Made by a program: the position numbers and the translations under genes | Origin: a virus | Lineage: Duplodnaviria > Heunggongvirae > Uroviricota > Caudoviricetes | IMG/VR virus record: IMGVR_UViG_2778261708_000017 | DNA length: 8,669 bases | Direction: 5' to 3' (one strand) | Shown here: in pieces, positions 1 to 7,428 of the stretch | Numbering within the stretch: position 1 is the first letter of the stretch | Layout of the letters: every line of letters begins with the position of its first letter | Notes under the pieces: generated by a model | Told to the model about the DNA's origin: nothing | Seen by the model: only the letters and a program-made list of their open reading frames with translations | The model's database searches: none

Positions 1-73
1 CGCCCTGACTTTCCAGAACCATACGGACTGCCCGTTGACGGACCTCGGGGGAAAAACGTGTATTTTTAGTCAT
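1..73 (-). CDS. IS3-family transposase OrfA, N-terminal part (partial; gene continues upstream of the window)
   Basis: ATG at 73-71 on the - strand, with a GAGG Shine-Dalgarno about 10 nt upstream. Translation is MTKNTRFSPEVRQRAVRMVLESQG..., running off the window edge. Confidence 0.75.
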   Translation of the reverse strand, partial: MTKNTRFSPEVRQRAVRMVLESQG

Positions 74-127
74 CCTGTTTACCTCTTTCTCAGGGAGTTT
101 AGTCTCCAGGATTCCCGGGGCGGTTCA
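1..127 (-). mobile_element. IS3-family insertion sequence (IS629/IS1203/IS3411-like), left-end portion, copy A; continues beyond the window start
   Basis: The reverse complement of 1-127 reads TGAACCGCCCCGGGAATCCTGGAGACTAAACTCCCTGAGAAAGAGGTAAACAGG then ATG ACT AAA AAT ACA CGT (MTKNTRFSPEVRQRAVRMVLESQG), which I recognise as the terminal inverted repeat and orfA start of IS629-type elements (from memory). The same about 127 bp recurs in the opposite orientation at 8543-8669 with about 9 mismatches counted by eye. The element boundary (TG...) falls at 127. Confidence 0.8.
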
Positions 128-660
128 ATCTGCTGGCCGGAACTAATGAATTTATTGGTGAAGGTGACGCATACATTCCGCCTCATACAGGTCTGCCAGC
201 AAACAGTACCGATATTGCACCGCCAGATATTCCGGCTGGCTTCGTGGCTGTTTTCAACAGTAATGAGGCATCGTGGCATCTCGTTGAAGATCATCGGGGT
301 AAAACGGTTTATGACGTGGCTTCCGGCGACGCGTTATTTATTTCTGAACTCGGTCCGTTACCGGAAAATGTTACCTGGTTGTCGCCGGATGGAGAGTGTC
401 AGAAGTGGAACGGCACATCCTGGGCGAAAGATGCAGAAGCAGAAAAACTGTTTCGGGTACGGGAGGCAGAAGAAACAAAAAACAGCCTGATGCAGGTAGC
501 CAGTGAGCATATTGCGCCACTTCAGGATGCCGTAGATTTGGATATTGCGACGGAGGAAGAGGCATCGTTACTGGCTGCATGGAAGACATATCGGGTATTG
601 TTGAATCGTGTTGATACAACAGTAGCAGCGGATGTTGAGTGGCCAGTCGCCCCACAATAA
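128..660 (+). pseudogene. Phage tail fibre assembly protein (Tfa / P2 gpG family), 5'-truncated by the IS insertion at 127
   Basis: Frame 1 is open from the IS boundary to TAA at 658-660 and translates [63 protein letters not shown]...[20 protein letters not shown], typical of enterobacterial Tfa proteins. There is no ATG between the IS end and the GTG at 244, and homologues carry about 10 more N-terminal residues, so the native start was removed. The ORF-track entry 244..660 is the internal GTG-initiated part. Confidence 0.8.
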
Positions 661-666
661 AAAGAA

Positions 667-696
667 AAAGCCATCGACAGAAATATCGATGGCTTT
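667..696. terminator. Putative bidirectional Rho-independent terminator between the convergent tfa and acetyltransferase genes
   Basis: Perfect 8-bp stem GCCATCGA (670-677) / TCGATGGC (686-693) with an 8-nt loop, extendable by three A-T pairs. On the - strand it is followed by TTTTTCTTTTT, giving a strong terminator 10 bp after the acetyltransferase stop at 704. On the + strand it is followed by TTTATGT, a weaker U-tract after the tfa stop. Confidence 0.6.
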
Positions 697-703
697 ATGT
701 ACT

Positions 704-1276
704 CTATTTATACAATACAACACCACTCTTTTTAGTTATATATGTGCAGTTTGATGGTATATCTTTATTTATAAAAGACATTGCACCTATTTTTACATTA
801 TCCCCAATTTTACGTGATAATCCAATGATGCAACAATTAGCTCCGATATCAACGTTACTACCAATTTTTACTCTTGAACTAGGCATATCACCATCTATCT
901 GTCCAATGGTAGTATTCTGTCGTAATACCAGATTTTCACCCGCATCAACAGCAAAATGAACAACAATTCCAGCATGATGGGGAATTGTCAACCCTTTTCC
1001 AATATTTGCGCCCAATCCTATTTCACAACCAAACTTGTTAATTATTTTACTGTTTAACTTTTTGGCTGCTTTCTTATGTAATTTATTACCATTAATATAC
1101 ATTTCGTTAGCCAACCGCCACCAGAAAAGGAAATTCCGGTTACGCTGTTTTTTCTCTCTTAAAAGCCTCCAGATATCCATACGTTTCCGCCGAATTACTT
1201 CATGTTTCCAGAAGTTTTTTAAATTAGTAGAGTTTCCAAATAAAACAAAGTGAATTGCCATTAAGTAAGATAGCAC
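704..1276 (-). CDS. Hexapeptide-repeat (left-handed beta-helix) acetyltransferase, CysE/WcaB-like; AT-rich cargo (moron) gene
   Basis: The ORF 704..1309 translation contains tandem hexapeptide motifs (FGCEIGLGANIGKGLTIPHHAGIVVHFAVDAGENLVLRQNTTIGQIDGD...KIGSNVDIGANCCIIGLSRKIGDNVKIGAMSFI) resembling serine/colanic-acid O-acetyltransferases. The region is visibly AT-rich (roughly 30% G+C by eye) against GC-rich phage genes. AAGGAG lies at 1288-1283, 6 nt before GTG at 1276, so I prefer that start; the frame is open to 1309 and an ATG lies at 1261. Stop is TAG at 706-704. Confidence 0.75.
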   Translation of the reverse strand: MLSYLMAIHFVLFGNSTNLKNFWKHEVIRRKRMDIWRLLREKKQRNRNFLFWWRLANEMYINGNKLHKKAAKKLNSKIINKFGCEIGLGANIGKGLTIPHHAGIVVHFAVDAGENLVLRQNTTIGQIDGDMPSSRVKIGSNVDIGANCCIIGLSRKIGDNVKIGAMSFINKDIPSNCTYITKKSGVVLYK

Positions 1277-1327
1277 GATAATCTCCTTAATTATTATTTC
1301 AGACCACACATGTTATAAGGTTAAGAG

Positions 1328-1356
1328 ATTATAAAATCCTGTTATTTGTTATTCAA
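1328..1356 (-). promoter_or_regulatory. Putative sigma70 promoter for the acetyltransferase gene
   Basis: On the - strand: -35 TTGAAT (1356-1351), a 17-bp spacer, and a consensus -10 TATAAT (1333-1328), about 40-50 nt upstream of the AAGGAG/GTG start. Identified by eye only. Confidence 0.45.
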
Positions 1357-1432
1357 AAACAATTTTCTGAGAAGGACATACAACAGCAAGTCGCCAGTCA
1401 CCTTCATCAGGAAATTGGCGACATACGTTAAA

Positions 1433-1927
1433 TCAGAGCAGCCCCTTAACTGAGCTGGCCGCGCTATTAAGGGATGATGTCACCTTATCTTTGAAGCCGG
1501 ACAGCATATCGCTGAACGATGAGGATTGCAGGCGCTCCCGCAAATCCTCATCACAGCGTTCAAGAGTCAGTGAAAATTCTATCTTTTTCGCCTTACCGTA
1601 GCGATCAAACTCGGAGCGGGTCGTATTCGTTCCGGTCAGGACATACATGCCGTAAATCTGCCCGACGCCATCAATCAAAGGCCAAGGACGTCCTGTATAT
1701 GCCTGCGTGGTCAACAACGACAGCGACACTTCGCCACCAGTAATCTCAGGATAAAGAACACCAGAAAGAACGATGCGATCATCACCTGCACCGATATACT
1801 GCCAGCTTGCTGAACGGTTAACGCGTTCATTTTTCACATGTCGCCAGCTTTTGTTTTGCTGTAACTGCTGATGCGGCAACGTGCGCAGCTCAAAAACAAA
1901 CATGCCGTAGATCATCATCATGGCCAT
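1433..1927 (-). CDS. Phage tail protein, P2 gpU family
   Basis: Translation MAMMMIYGMFVFELRTLPHQQ...VLSGVLYPEITGGEVSLSLL...WPLIDGVGQIYGMYVLTGTNTTRSEF matches the gpU pattern and sits directly downstream of the tape-measure gene as in P2. GAGGAG at 1935-1930 is best spaced for the ATG at 1921, so the true start may be 1921 rather than 1927. Confidence 0.8.
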   Translation of the reverse strand: MAMMMIYGMFVFELRTLPHQQLQQNKSWRHVKNERVNRSASWQYIGAGDDRIVLSGVLYPEITGGEVSLSLLTTQAYTGRPWPLIDGVGQIYGMYVLTGTNTTRSEFDRYGKAKKIEFSLTLERCDEDLRERLQSSSFSDMLSGFKDKVTSSLNSAASSVKGLL

Positions 1928-1933
1928 GACTCC

Positions 1934-4773
1934 TCAATCTTTATCGTAAAAACTGCCACGCCTGGCACGGGCGCGCCGTTCCATTTCTGCCCTGACCATT
2001 TCGCCGACCAGTTTCGCCAGTTCGCGGGGATTCTGCGTAACAACGTTATGCAGATGAACATGAATTTCACCGCCAAATCCGGAGGCAACAGGCTCCCGGT
2101 TACGGGAAGTTGCAGGAACTGATGCCACTGGCGATCGTATGGCCTCCACCACCGGGCGGGAGCTGGCCGCAACAACAGGGACCAGCGCCGGAGGCAGCGG
2201 AGCCGGGACCACGGGTGTGATATTAATTGCGGGGGCAGGCTTACTGACCTGCGCAATCTTCCGCTCCTGCCACTCCCCACGAACAGCAAGTGCGCGGGGC
2301 AGGTTCTTAAAGACAATATCGCCGGGGCCAATGCGTTTTTTTGTCTCATCAACCAGCTTACCTGTGTTATCAGCAATTTTGCTGAGTCTGCGTAGCGTGC
2401 CGGTATTGCTGTCTGTGAGAGGTTTGTTGTCTTTGGGTTTATCATCTCCGGTGCCATTGCTATTTCCCGCAGACTTCGGCGGATTGATTTTCGCAATGTC
2501 TCCCTGAAACAGAGCAACCTTGTCCTGAAGAATGGCCGCACGTTGTGCGTCTTCGATTTTCTTGCGCGCCCTTTCCGCTTCATCCGGAAGCACACCGAGT
2601 TTTTCAAGTATCCACGCCAGCGTATCCAGCAACATTTTTGCAGGCGTCAGAACAAGCTGTAACGCACCACCAAGAACGTTACCGAATACCTCGCCAGCAC
2701 TGGTACATTTATCCAGCGTTTCCTTGCTGGACTCCATCGGTGACAGCAGCGATTTAAACCAGTTAAACACCTGGCTGAACCGCTTCCGATTACGTCAAAA
2801 ACAGGGCCAAACCGTTCAAAGGTGTCGCGCAACGGGGTCAGCCTTTCCATAATCCCGCTGAACACCCCGGCAAAGAAAGCCCTGATAGGATCCCAGTATT
2901 TCCAGATAAGAACGGCAGCTCCGGCAAGCGCAGCCACGATAAGACCAACCGGACTGAACAACGCCCCGATAACGCCTCCCAGTAAAGAAACGGAACCCGT
3001 CACCATTCCCCATAGCGCAGGTAACACCCTGACGACATTCATTGACCGGGTAAGAATGTCAAAACCAAGACGCAGGGTGGCCAGCTTCCCGTAAAGCACC
3101 CCAATAACCAGCGACAACGAGCCAATCGTTGCAGTCATTGCCAGCAACGCACCGCCTGCTATCAGTAGCTGGCGCGTCAGTACCGGATGGGCCTGCGCCA
3201 GCGAGGTGATTTTTTCAAGCACCCGCGTGAGCCACTGCGTGACAGAACGCAGCGGACCGTCAACCAGATCACTGATGCGAATACGAAGACCTTCCCATGC
3301 GCTGTCGAGATTTTTCAGGTCCCCATCAAGATTATCAGCCATTACTTTTGCGACGCGATCGGCCTCTCCCCTTGCCCCCTGCAATTCTCTGGTCAGTTTT
3401 TGCAGCTCTCCTGAACCAGCCGCCGCAACAAGCGTCTGCAAACCAACGAACGCCTCTTCTCCGGCGATGTCCTTGAAGAAGGAGACCTGGTCCACCTGTC
3501 CGTATTTTTGTGTCGCCTTATAGAGATCAAGCAGCACATCCTCCATCGGGCGCATTTTGCCTCTGGCCTCAGCAACTGACACCCCCAGCTCTTTCAGTGC
3601 ATCAGCCGCAGCTTTTGGCGGTGATGCAAGGCGGGACAGACTTGCGCGCATGGCCGTGCCAGCATCGCTTCCGCGAAGACCATTATTGGCAAGCATCCCG
3701 GCCATGGCCGCCGCTTCTTCAAGACTGATACCAAGTTTTGCGGCAACCGGACCGGTATACTTCATGGTTTCGCCCAGCGCGCGTAAATCAGTATTGGTCC
3801 GGGTAAATGCTGCTGTCAGCGTATCGCCCACCCGGTCCATTTGATCGGCTGTCAGGTTGAACTGTGTGAGGATATTGGAGCCTATATCAGCCGTCTCGCC
3901 GAGTTCGACGCCACCTGCCAGCGCCATATTAAGAACACCGGGCAATGCGGCCTGAATGGCCTGCGGAGTAAAACCAGCCATTGCCAGAAAGCTCTGCCCA
4001 CTGGCGGCATCACTCGCAGTAAACTGTGTTTCAGCAAGTTTTAACGCCTGCTCACGCAGCGCCTTAAACTGCGGGCTGTTTTTGTCGATTCGCGTCAGTG
4101 CCTGAACGCGGGACATCTCTTTGCCGAACCCGATCGCAGGCTGCAAAAAACGCCCGGCAGCATAGCCGCCCGCCGCTGCCGCACCAATTGCCAGCGCACC
4201 ACCTGTTTTCAGTTTTCCCGCGGTTTCCTGCGCGTGCGAATACCGCTCACGCGCCTGCGTTACACGCGCAAGCGCCTGCCGTTCGCGTTCAAGCTGGTTG
4301 TTGTATTGTTCGGTGCGTCTGATGGCCTGCTGAATGGTGTTATCGCTGCCTGTCAGGGAAATGCCGTGGCGTTTCAGCTCTCCGCCAAGTTCCCTCATTT
4401 TCTGAATTTCCCGTGTGCGCGATTCATTCAGGCGTTCAAGCCGGGTGCTTAACTGCTGCATCAGCTTTTGTTGTTTTTCGCTGAGCACTGTACCCGTGCG
4501 TTGTAACTGATTAAGGGCGTTAAGCTGGCGTCGTGCTTTCACGATGCCAGCATCCGCTTTACTGACAGCGTCGCGGGCGCGCTCAAATGATCGCGCCTGA
4601 CGCTCGAGATTTTTGATCGCCCCCTGCGTTCGCTGGATGGAGTCACCAAACTGCCCCATCAGGCGGCGTGCGTTTTCGGCAGGTCGGGTCAGCCTGTCAA
4701 CGGCGCTGAAAGCGACCCGGATATCAAGAGTCTTCATTGTCTGCATTCCCGCTGCGAAGTGCCGCCCGCTCAC
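1934..4773 (-). pseudogene. Phage tail tape measure protein (P2 gpT-like), interrupted by a frameshift near 2770-2794
   Basis: Two overlapping - strand ORFs in different frames (2647..4773 and 1934..2770). The upstream one has coiled-coil-like and glycine/alanine-rich hydrophobic segments typical of tape measure proteins, then degenerates into a low-complexity tail after ...FERFGPVFDVIGSG. The downstream one (…GEIHVHLHNVVTQNPRELAKLVGEMVRAEMERRARA...) reads like a tape-measure C-terminus. A 1-nt indel around 2777-2781 would fuse them into one protein of about 940 aa. The start is uncertain (GTG 4773, ATG 4746 or 4737). Confidence 0.75.
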
Positions 4774-5253
4774 GCCAGCTAACCACTTCGCCGGGCGTCA
4801 TCATGAAGATTTCGGCGGGCGACCAGTTAAAAATAACGGCAATATCTGCCACAAAGTCTTCTATGTGCTCAAAGCACACAACCGTGATCAGGCTTCCGTC
4901 GCCTGTTCGTTCTTCCCGCCAGAGTCCGCACCGCTCAAAAAATTTACGGCAACCACACATAACTGAATAAAGTCACGGGATGCCATTTTTTTGATCGTCA
5001 CTTCATCCAGTCGCGGTGATGTCACGCGTGACAGCAGCGTAAACATGGATTCCGCTTTCAGATTCAGCACATCAGACAGCGACAAATCTCGCAGAGATCC
5101 AGCCTGCTCAATAGCCCCGGTGATCTCCACATACGTGATTTTTTCGCCGCCTCGCTCAATTGGTTGGGTAAGTTTTACACCACGCTCACTGGTTTCTTTC
5201 ACAGTGTCAGTAACTACCGTGTTTTCGGTATCGATGTTTTTCGTCTCTTTCAT
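4724..5253 (-). CDS. gpE+E' fusion product made by programmed -1 ribosomal frameshift (P2 E/E' type)
   Basis: The -1 frame ORF (ORF-track 4724..4960) overlaps the 3' end of gpE. Reading from the heptamer in the -1 frame reproduces its translation (...ERCGLWREERTGDGSLITVVCFEHIEDFVADIAVIFNWSPAEIFMMTPGEVVSWRERAALRSGNADNEDS). This mirrors the conserved tail chaperone frameshift of P2-like phages. Confidence 0.7.
4888..5253 (-). CDS. Phage tail assembly chaperone, P2 gpE family
   Basis: ATG at 5253 preceded by AAAGGAG. Translation ...LRDLSLSDVLNLKAESMFTLLSRVTSPRLDEVTIKKM... matches the gpE family. It lies between the tube and tape-measure genes as in P2 and contains the slippery heptamer near its 3' end. 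Confidence 0.8.
   Translation of the reverse strand: MKETKNIDTENTVVTDTVKETSERGVKLTQPIERGGEKITYVEITGAIEQAGSLRDLSLSDVLNLKAESMFTLLSRVTSPRLDEVTIKKMASRDFIQLCVVAVNFLSGADSGGKNEQATEA
4936..4942 (-). promoter_or_regulatory. Slippery heptamer T-TTT-TTG for the programmed -1 frameshift producing gpE+E'
   Basis: The - strand reads GTA AAT TTT TTG AGC in the gpE frame; the + strand shows CAAAAAA at 4936-4942. It is positioned 15 codons before the gpE stop, where the -1 frame ORF is open. Confidence 0.65.
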
Positions 5254-5307
5254 CAGGAAACTCCTTTCAGTCAGAGGCGACGCACTGCGCCGCCTGCATA
5301 TTACTTA

Positions 5308-5820
5308 TCAGCCAAGCCCAAGCGCGGAACGGATGCGATCGGGCACAATGTCCTTGCCGTCCTTCCGGTAAATGAAGTTCAGCAGGTCAATCTCCCACAA
5401 CGGGCGATCGTTAACACTCAGCTTGTAGTAGGTGTTTTTAATGGCGTAAGTGTGTGATGTGGCTTCGCCCTGTTTGGCTTCCCCCATATCAATTTCCGTC
5501 ACACGTCCGCGCATTTCGACTTCATACAGGTCGCTTTCATCATCGGTGTAGTATTCCCCCGCAAAACGCAGTAGCGTGCCGTCAATCGTGCCGCCATACT
5601 TCAGGAACAGCTCACGAACTGCGCCCCCCATGACAAAGCTCGCATCAAGCGCGGAGTCGTCCAGGCCGAGGTCAATACTTACCGCACCCATCATGCCACC
5701 ACCCCGGTAGCTGTCGGTTTTGCGCGTCAGTTTAGGCAGGGTGACGGACGTCACCTTACCCACTTCGTTTTCACCATCCACAAACAGCGTAAAAAAGCGA
5801 AGATGTTTTGGTACAGCCAT
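5308..5820 (-). CDS. Phage major tail tube protein, P2 gpFII family
   Basis: Translation MAVPKHLRFFTLFVDGENEVGKVTSVTLPKLTRKTDSYRGGGMMGAVSIDLGLDD...LLRFAGEY... resembles P2 FII. The ATG at 5820-5818 overlaps the sheath stop by one base (TGATG on the - strand), with GGAGGT 5 nt upstream, indicating translational coupling. Confidence 0.9.
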   Translation of the reverse strand: MAVPKHLRFFTLFVDGENEVGKVTSVTLPKLTRKTDSYRGGGMMGAVSIDLGLDDSALDASFVMGGAVRELFLKYGGTIDGTLLRFAGEYYTDDESDLYEVEMRGRVTEIDMGEAKQGEATSHTYAIKNTYYKLSVNDRPLWEIDLLNFIYRKDGKDIVPDRIRSALGLG

Positions 5821-7004
5821 CAGGCACCTCCCAGCACCGCAAATGCGGGACCAAAGAATTCATCAGTAAACGACTGGTAAAGCTCCATGTCTTCCAGCGG
5901 AGGAACGGGCGTATATTTGTAGCGAATACGCACACGCCCCTGACGTAAATTCGTGGTGCTGTTATCCTCGATGTCATACCAGCACTCCGCGCCAATCAGT
6001 TTCCCGGCAGTAACCAGTGAATCCAGTTTTGCCCTGATGGCACTGATAACATCCTTCACGTTCGCAGGTGTCAGTGGACTGTCGATGGTTTCAAACTGCG
6101 CTTCCGCAATTGAATCAGCCAGCACCTGTGCGGTTCGGGTATACACCTCAAAGATGTAGGCGTTCGTTTCCGGTGTGCGGTTGCCCCAGAAGCGGAACCC
6201 GTTGCGACGAATAATGGTCGTGATTTCTTTGTTGTTGAGGCTGTTGGCATCACTGTCTTCGGCCTGCAACGACCAGAACACATGCCTCGACATCCCAAGC
6301 ACATTTTTAACCGGAACGTTGGACAGCGATTTGTGCCAGCCCTGCTCATGGTCAATGTACGCACGAAGGCCGCACGCATAAGCAGGCGCGGGGAACGTTT
6401 CGTTTTTGCCACTTTTCAGGTTGTAGGCGATGAAGTCAGGCCATAAGAGCATCACCTCACGTTCGTTGAATTTCTGGCGGTAGGTAATCGCCTCAGCCAT
6501 CGTGTTACAACCATGACATGTGGCATACACAAACGCGCGCAGTTTACCCGCAATCACGCACAGGGATTTTGTTACCGCCTCCGTGTCCAGCTCCGGCGCG
6601 GCCAGAATACGCGGACGGTATCCGATGCTTTCATCCTGCTCTGCAACAAGCAGCGCATACATCCCCGTATAGCTGCCGTCAGATTCAGAACCACCGATAA
6701 CCAGTTGATCCTGCGTCTTACCGCCTTCTTCTTTGTGTTCAGCCACGCGAACGACGATCACTTTTGTGCTCACCTGGTCTGCGATAGCCTTAAGCGCACG
6801 ATAAAGCGTCCCCGTAGTCCCGCATTTTCCCAGCACGTCATTGACGCGGGTCAGCAGTGTGGGCTTGTTCAGCGGGAACAGCTCCGCGTCCGCATCATCT
6901 GCCGTTGCCACGATACCGATAACACTGGAATCAACATCATTAATCGCTGTTACCAGGTCGGTACTTTCCGTAACACGGGCACCATGAAAACGAGTTTCAC
7001 TCAT
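5820..7004 (-). CDS. Phage contractile tail sheath protein, P2 gpFI family
   Basis: The 394-aa translation carries blocks recalled from P2 FI (PLNKP, LRAFVYA, WPDF, GWHKSLSNV, IRRNGFRFWGNRT, YTRTAQVLAD, YTPVPPLE). ATG at 7004 is preceded by AAGGGG. Confidence 0.9.
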   Translation of the reverse strand: MSETRFHGARVTESTDLVTAINDVDSSVIGIVATADDADAELFPLNKPTLLTRVNDVLGKCGTTGTLYRALKAIADQVSTKVIVVRVAEHKEEGGKTQDQLVIGGSESDGSYTGMYALLVAEQDESIGYRPRILAAPELDTEAVTKSLCVIAGKLRAFVYATCHGCNTMAEAITYRQKFNEREVMLLWPDFIAYNLKSGKNETFPAPAYACGLRAYIDHEQGWHKSLSNVPVKNVLGMSRHVFWSLQAEDSDANSLNNKEITTIIRRNGFRFWGNRTPETNAYIFEVYTRTAQVLADSIAEAQFETIDSPLTPANVKDVISAIRAKLDSLVTAGKLIGAECWYDIEDNSTTNLRQGRVRIRYKYTPVPPLEDMELYQSFTDEFFGPAFAVLGGA

Positions 7005-7161
7005 AGCTTCAGCCCCTTGTATCCGTTAAATGATTCGGCAACAATCATCACCCACCACTCGCGTAATCTCACCCCTGCGCCGTTCTCCCGCCACGGCGAC
7101 AACAAAAAGCAGTAACCCCCTCCGCACGCACATGCGACCATGCCGCACAGGGAGGGAACAG

Positions 7162-7428
7162 ATGACCGACACCACCATGCAATTGCTCAGTCAGGGCACA
7201 GACCACGTGAAAGTGCCGGATTTTGATATTCTCGCGGAGGGTAAAACGCTGTCAGGCGTGGCAGAGCGCCTGATGAGCCTGTCACTGACCGACAACCGGG
7301 GATTTGAGGCGGACCAGCTCACCATCACGCTGGATGATGCAGATGGTCAGTTGCAGCTACCGCCACGGGGCGCGCGCCTGACGGTTCTCATTGGCTGGAA
7401 AGGAGAACCGCTGACAGAAAAAGGCACT
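7162..7428 (+). pseudogene. Phage late/tail protein D (P2 gpD family), 5' fragment truncated by the IS30 insertion
   Basis: ATG at 7162 preceded by GGAGGG (7151-7156). Translation MTDTTMQLLSQGTDHVKVPDFDILAEGKTLSGVAERLMSLSLTDNRGFEADQLTITLDDADGQLQLPPRGARLTVLIGWKGEPLTEKGT matches the gpD N-terminus (SLTLTDNRGFEADQL...LGW.G). The reading frame runs straight into the IS30 terminal repeat at 7429. Confidence 0.8.

Noticed and set aside
35-490. A 151-aa + strand ORF spanning the IS end and the 5' part of the tfa region
   Set aside because: It is a chimera: its first part is antisense to the IS orfA and terminal repeat, and the rest is an out-of-frame read of the tfa region. The Tfa-like translation is in frame 1, not this frame.
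1141-1230. Homopolymer T/A runs of 6-7 nt inside the acetyltransferase gene as possible phase-variation tracts
   Set aside because: Runs of this length are expected by chance in roughly 30% G+C DNA, and there are no longer tracts or multi-copy short repeats near the start codon.
639-1253. + strand ORFs (639..959 and 1035..1253) overlapping the acetyltransferase gene
   Set aside because: They are antisense to a well-supported hexapeptide acetyltransferase ORF, have low-complexity AT-rich translations, and lack ribosome-binding sites.
1918-4452. Multiple 60-230 aa ORFs on both strands within the tape-measure region (for example 1918..2607 -, 2139..2507 +, 3206..3523 +, 4098..4322 +)
   Set aside because: They lie in alternative frames of the GC-rich tape-measure gene, with Arg/Ser/Pro-rich translations typical of out-of-frame GC-rich DNA; the tape-measure frames explain the region.
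5953-7115. + strand ORFs antisense to the sheath gene (for example 6513..7115, 200 aa)
   Set aside because: They overlap the strongly supported sheath CDS in antisense and have no recognisable motifs or ribosome-binding site.
1310-7161. An Ogr-type late promoter element (TGT-N12-ACA) upstream of the sheath gene
   Set aside because: Scanning both strands of 7005-7161 and 1310-1432 by eye found no correctly spaced match, so no late promoter is reported. A position-weight-matrix scan would be needed to settle this.
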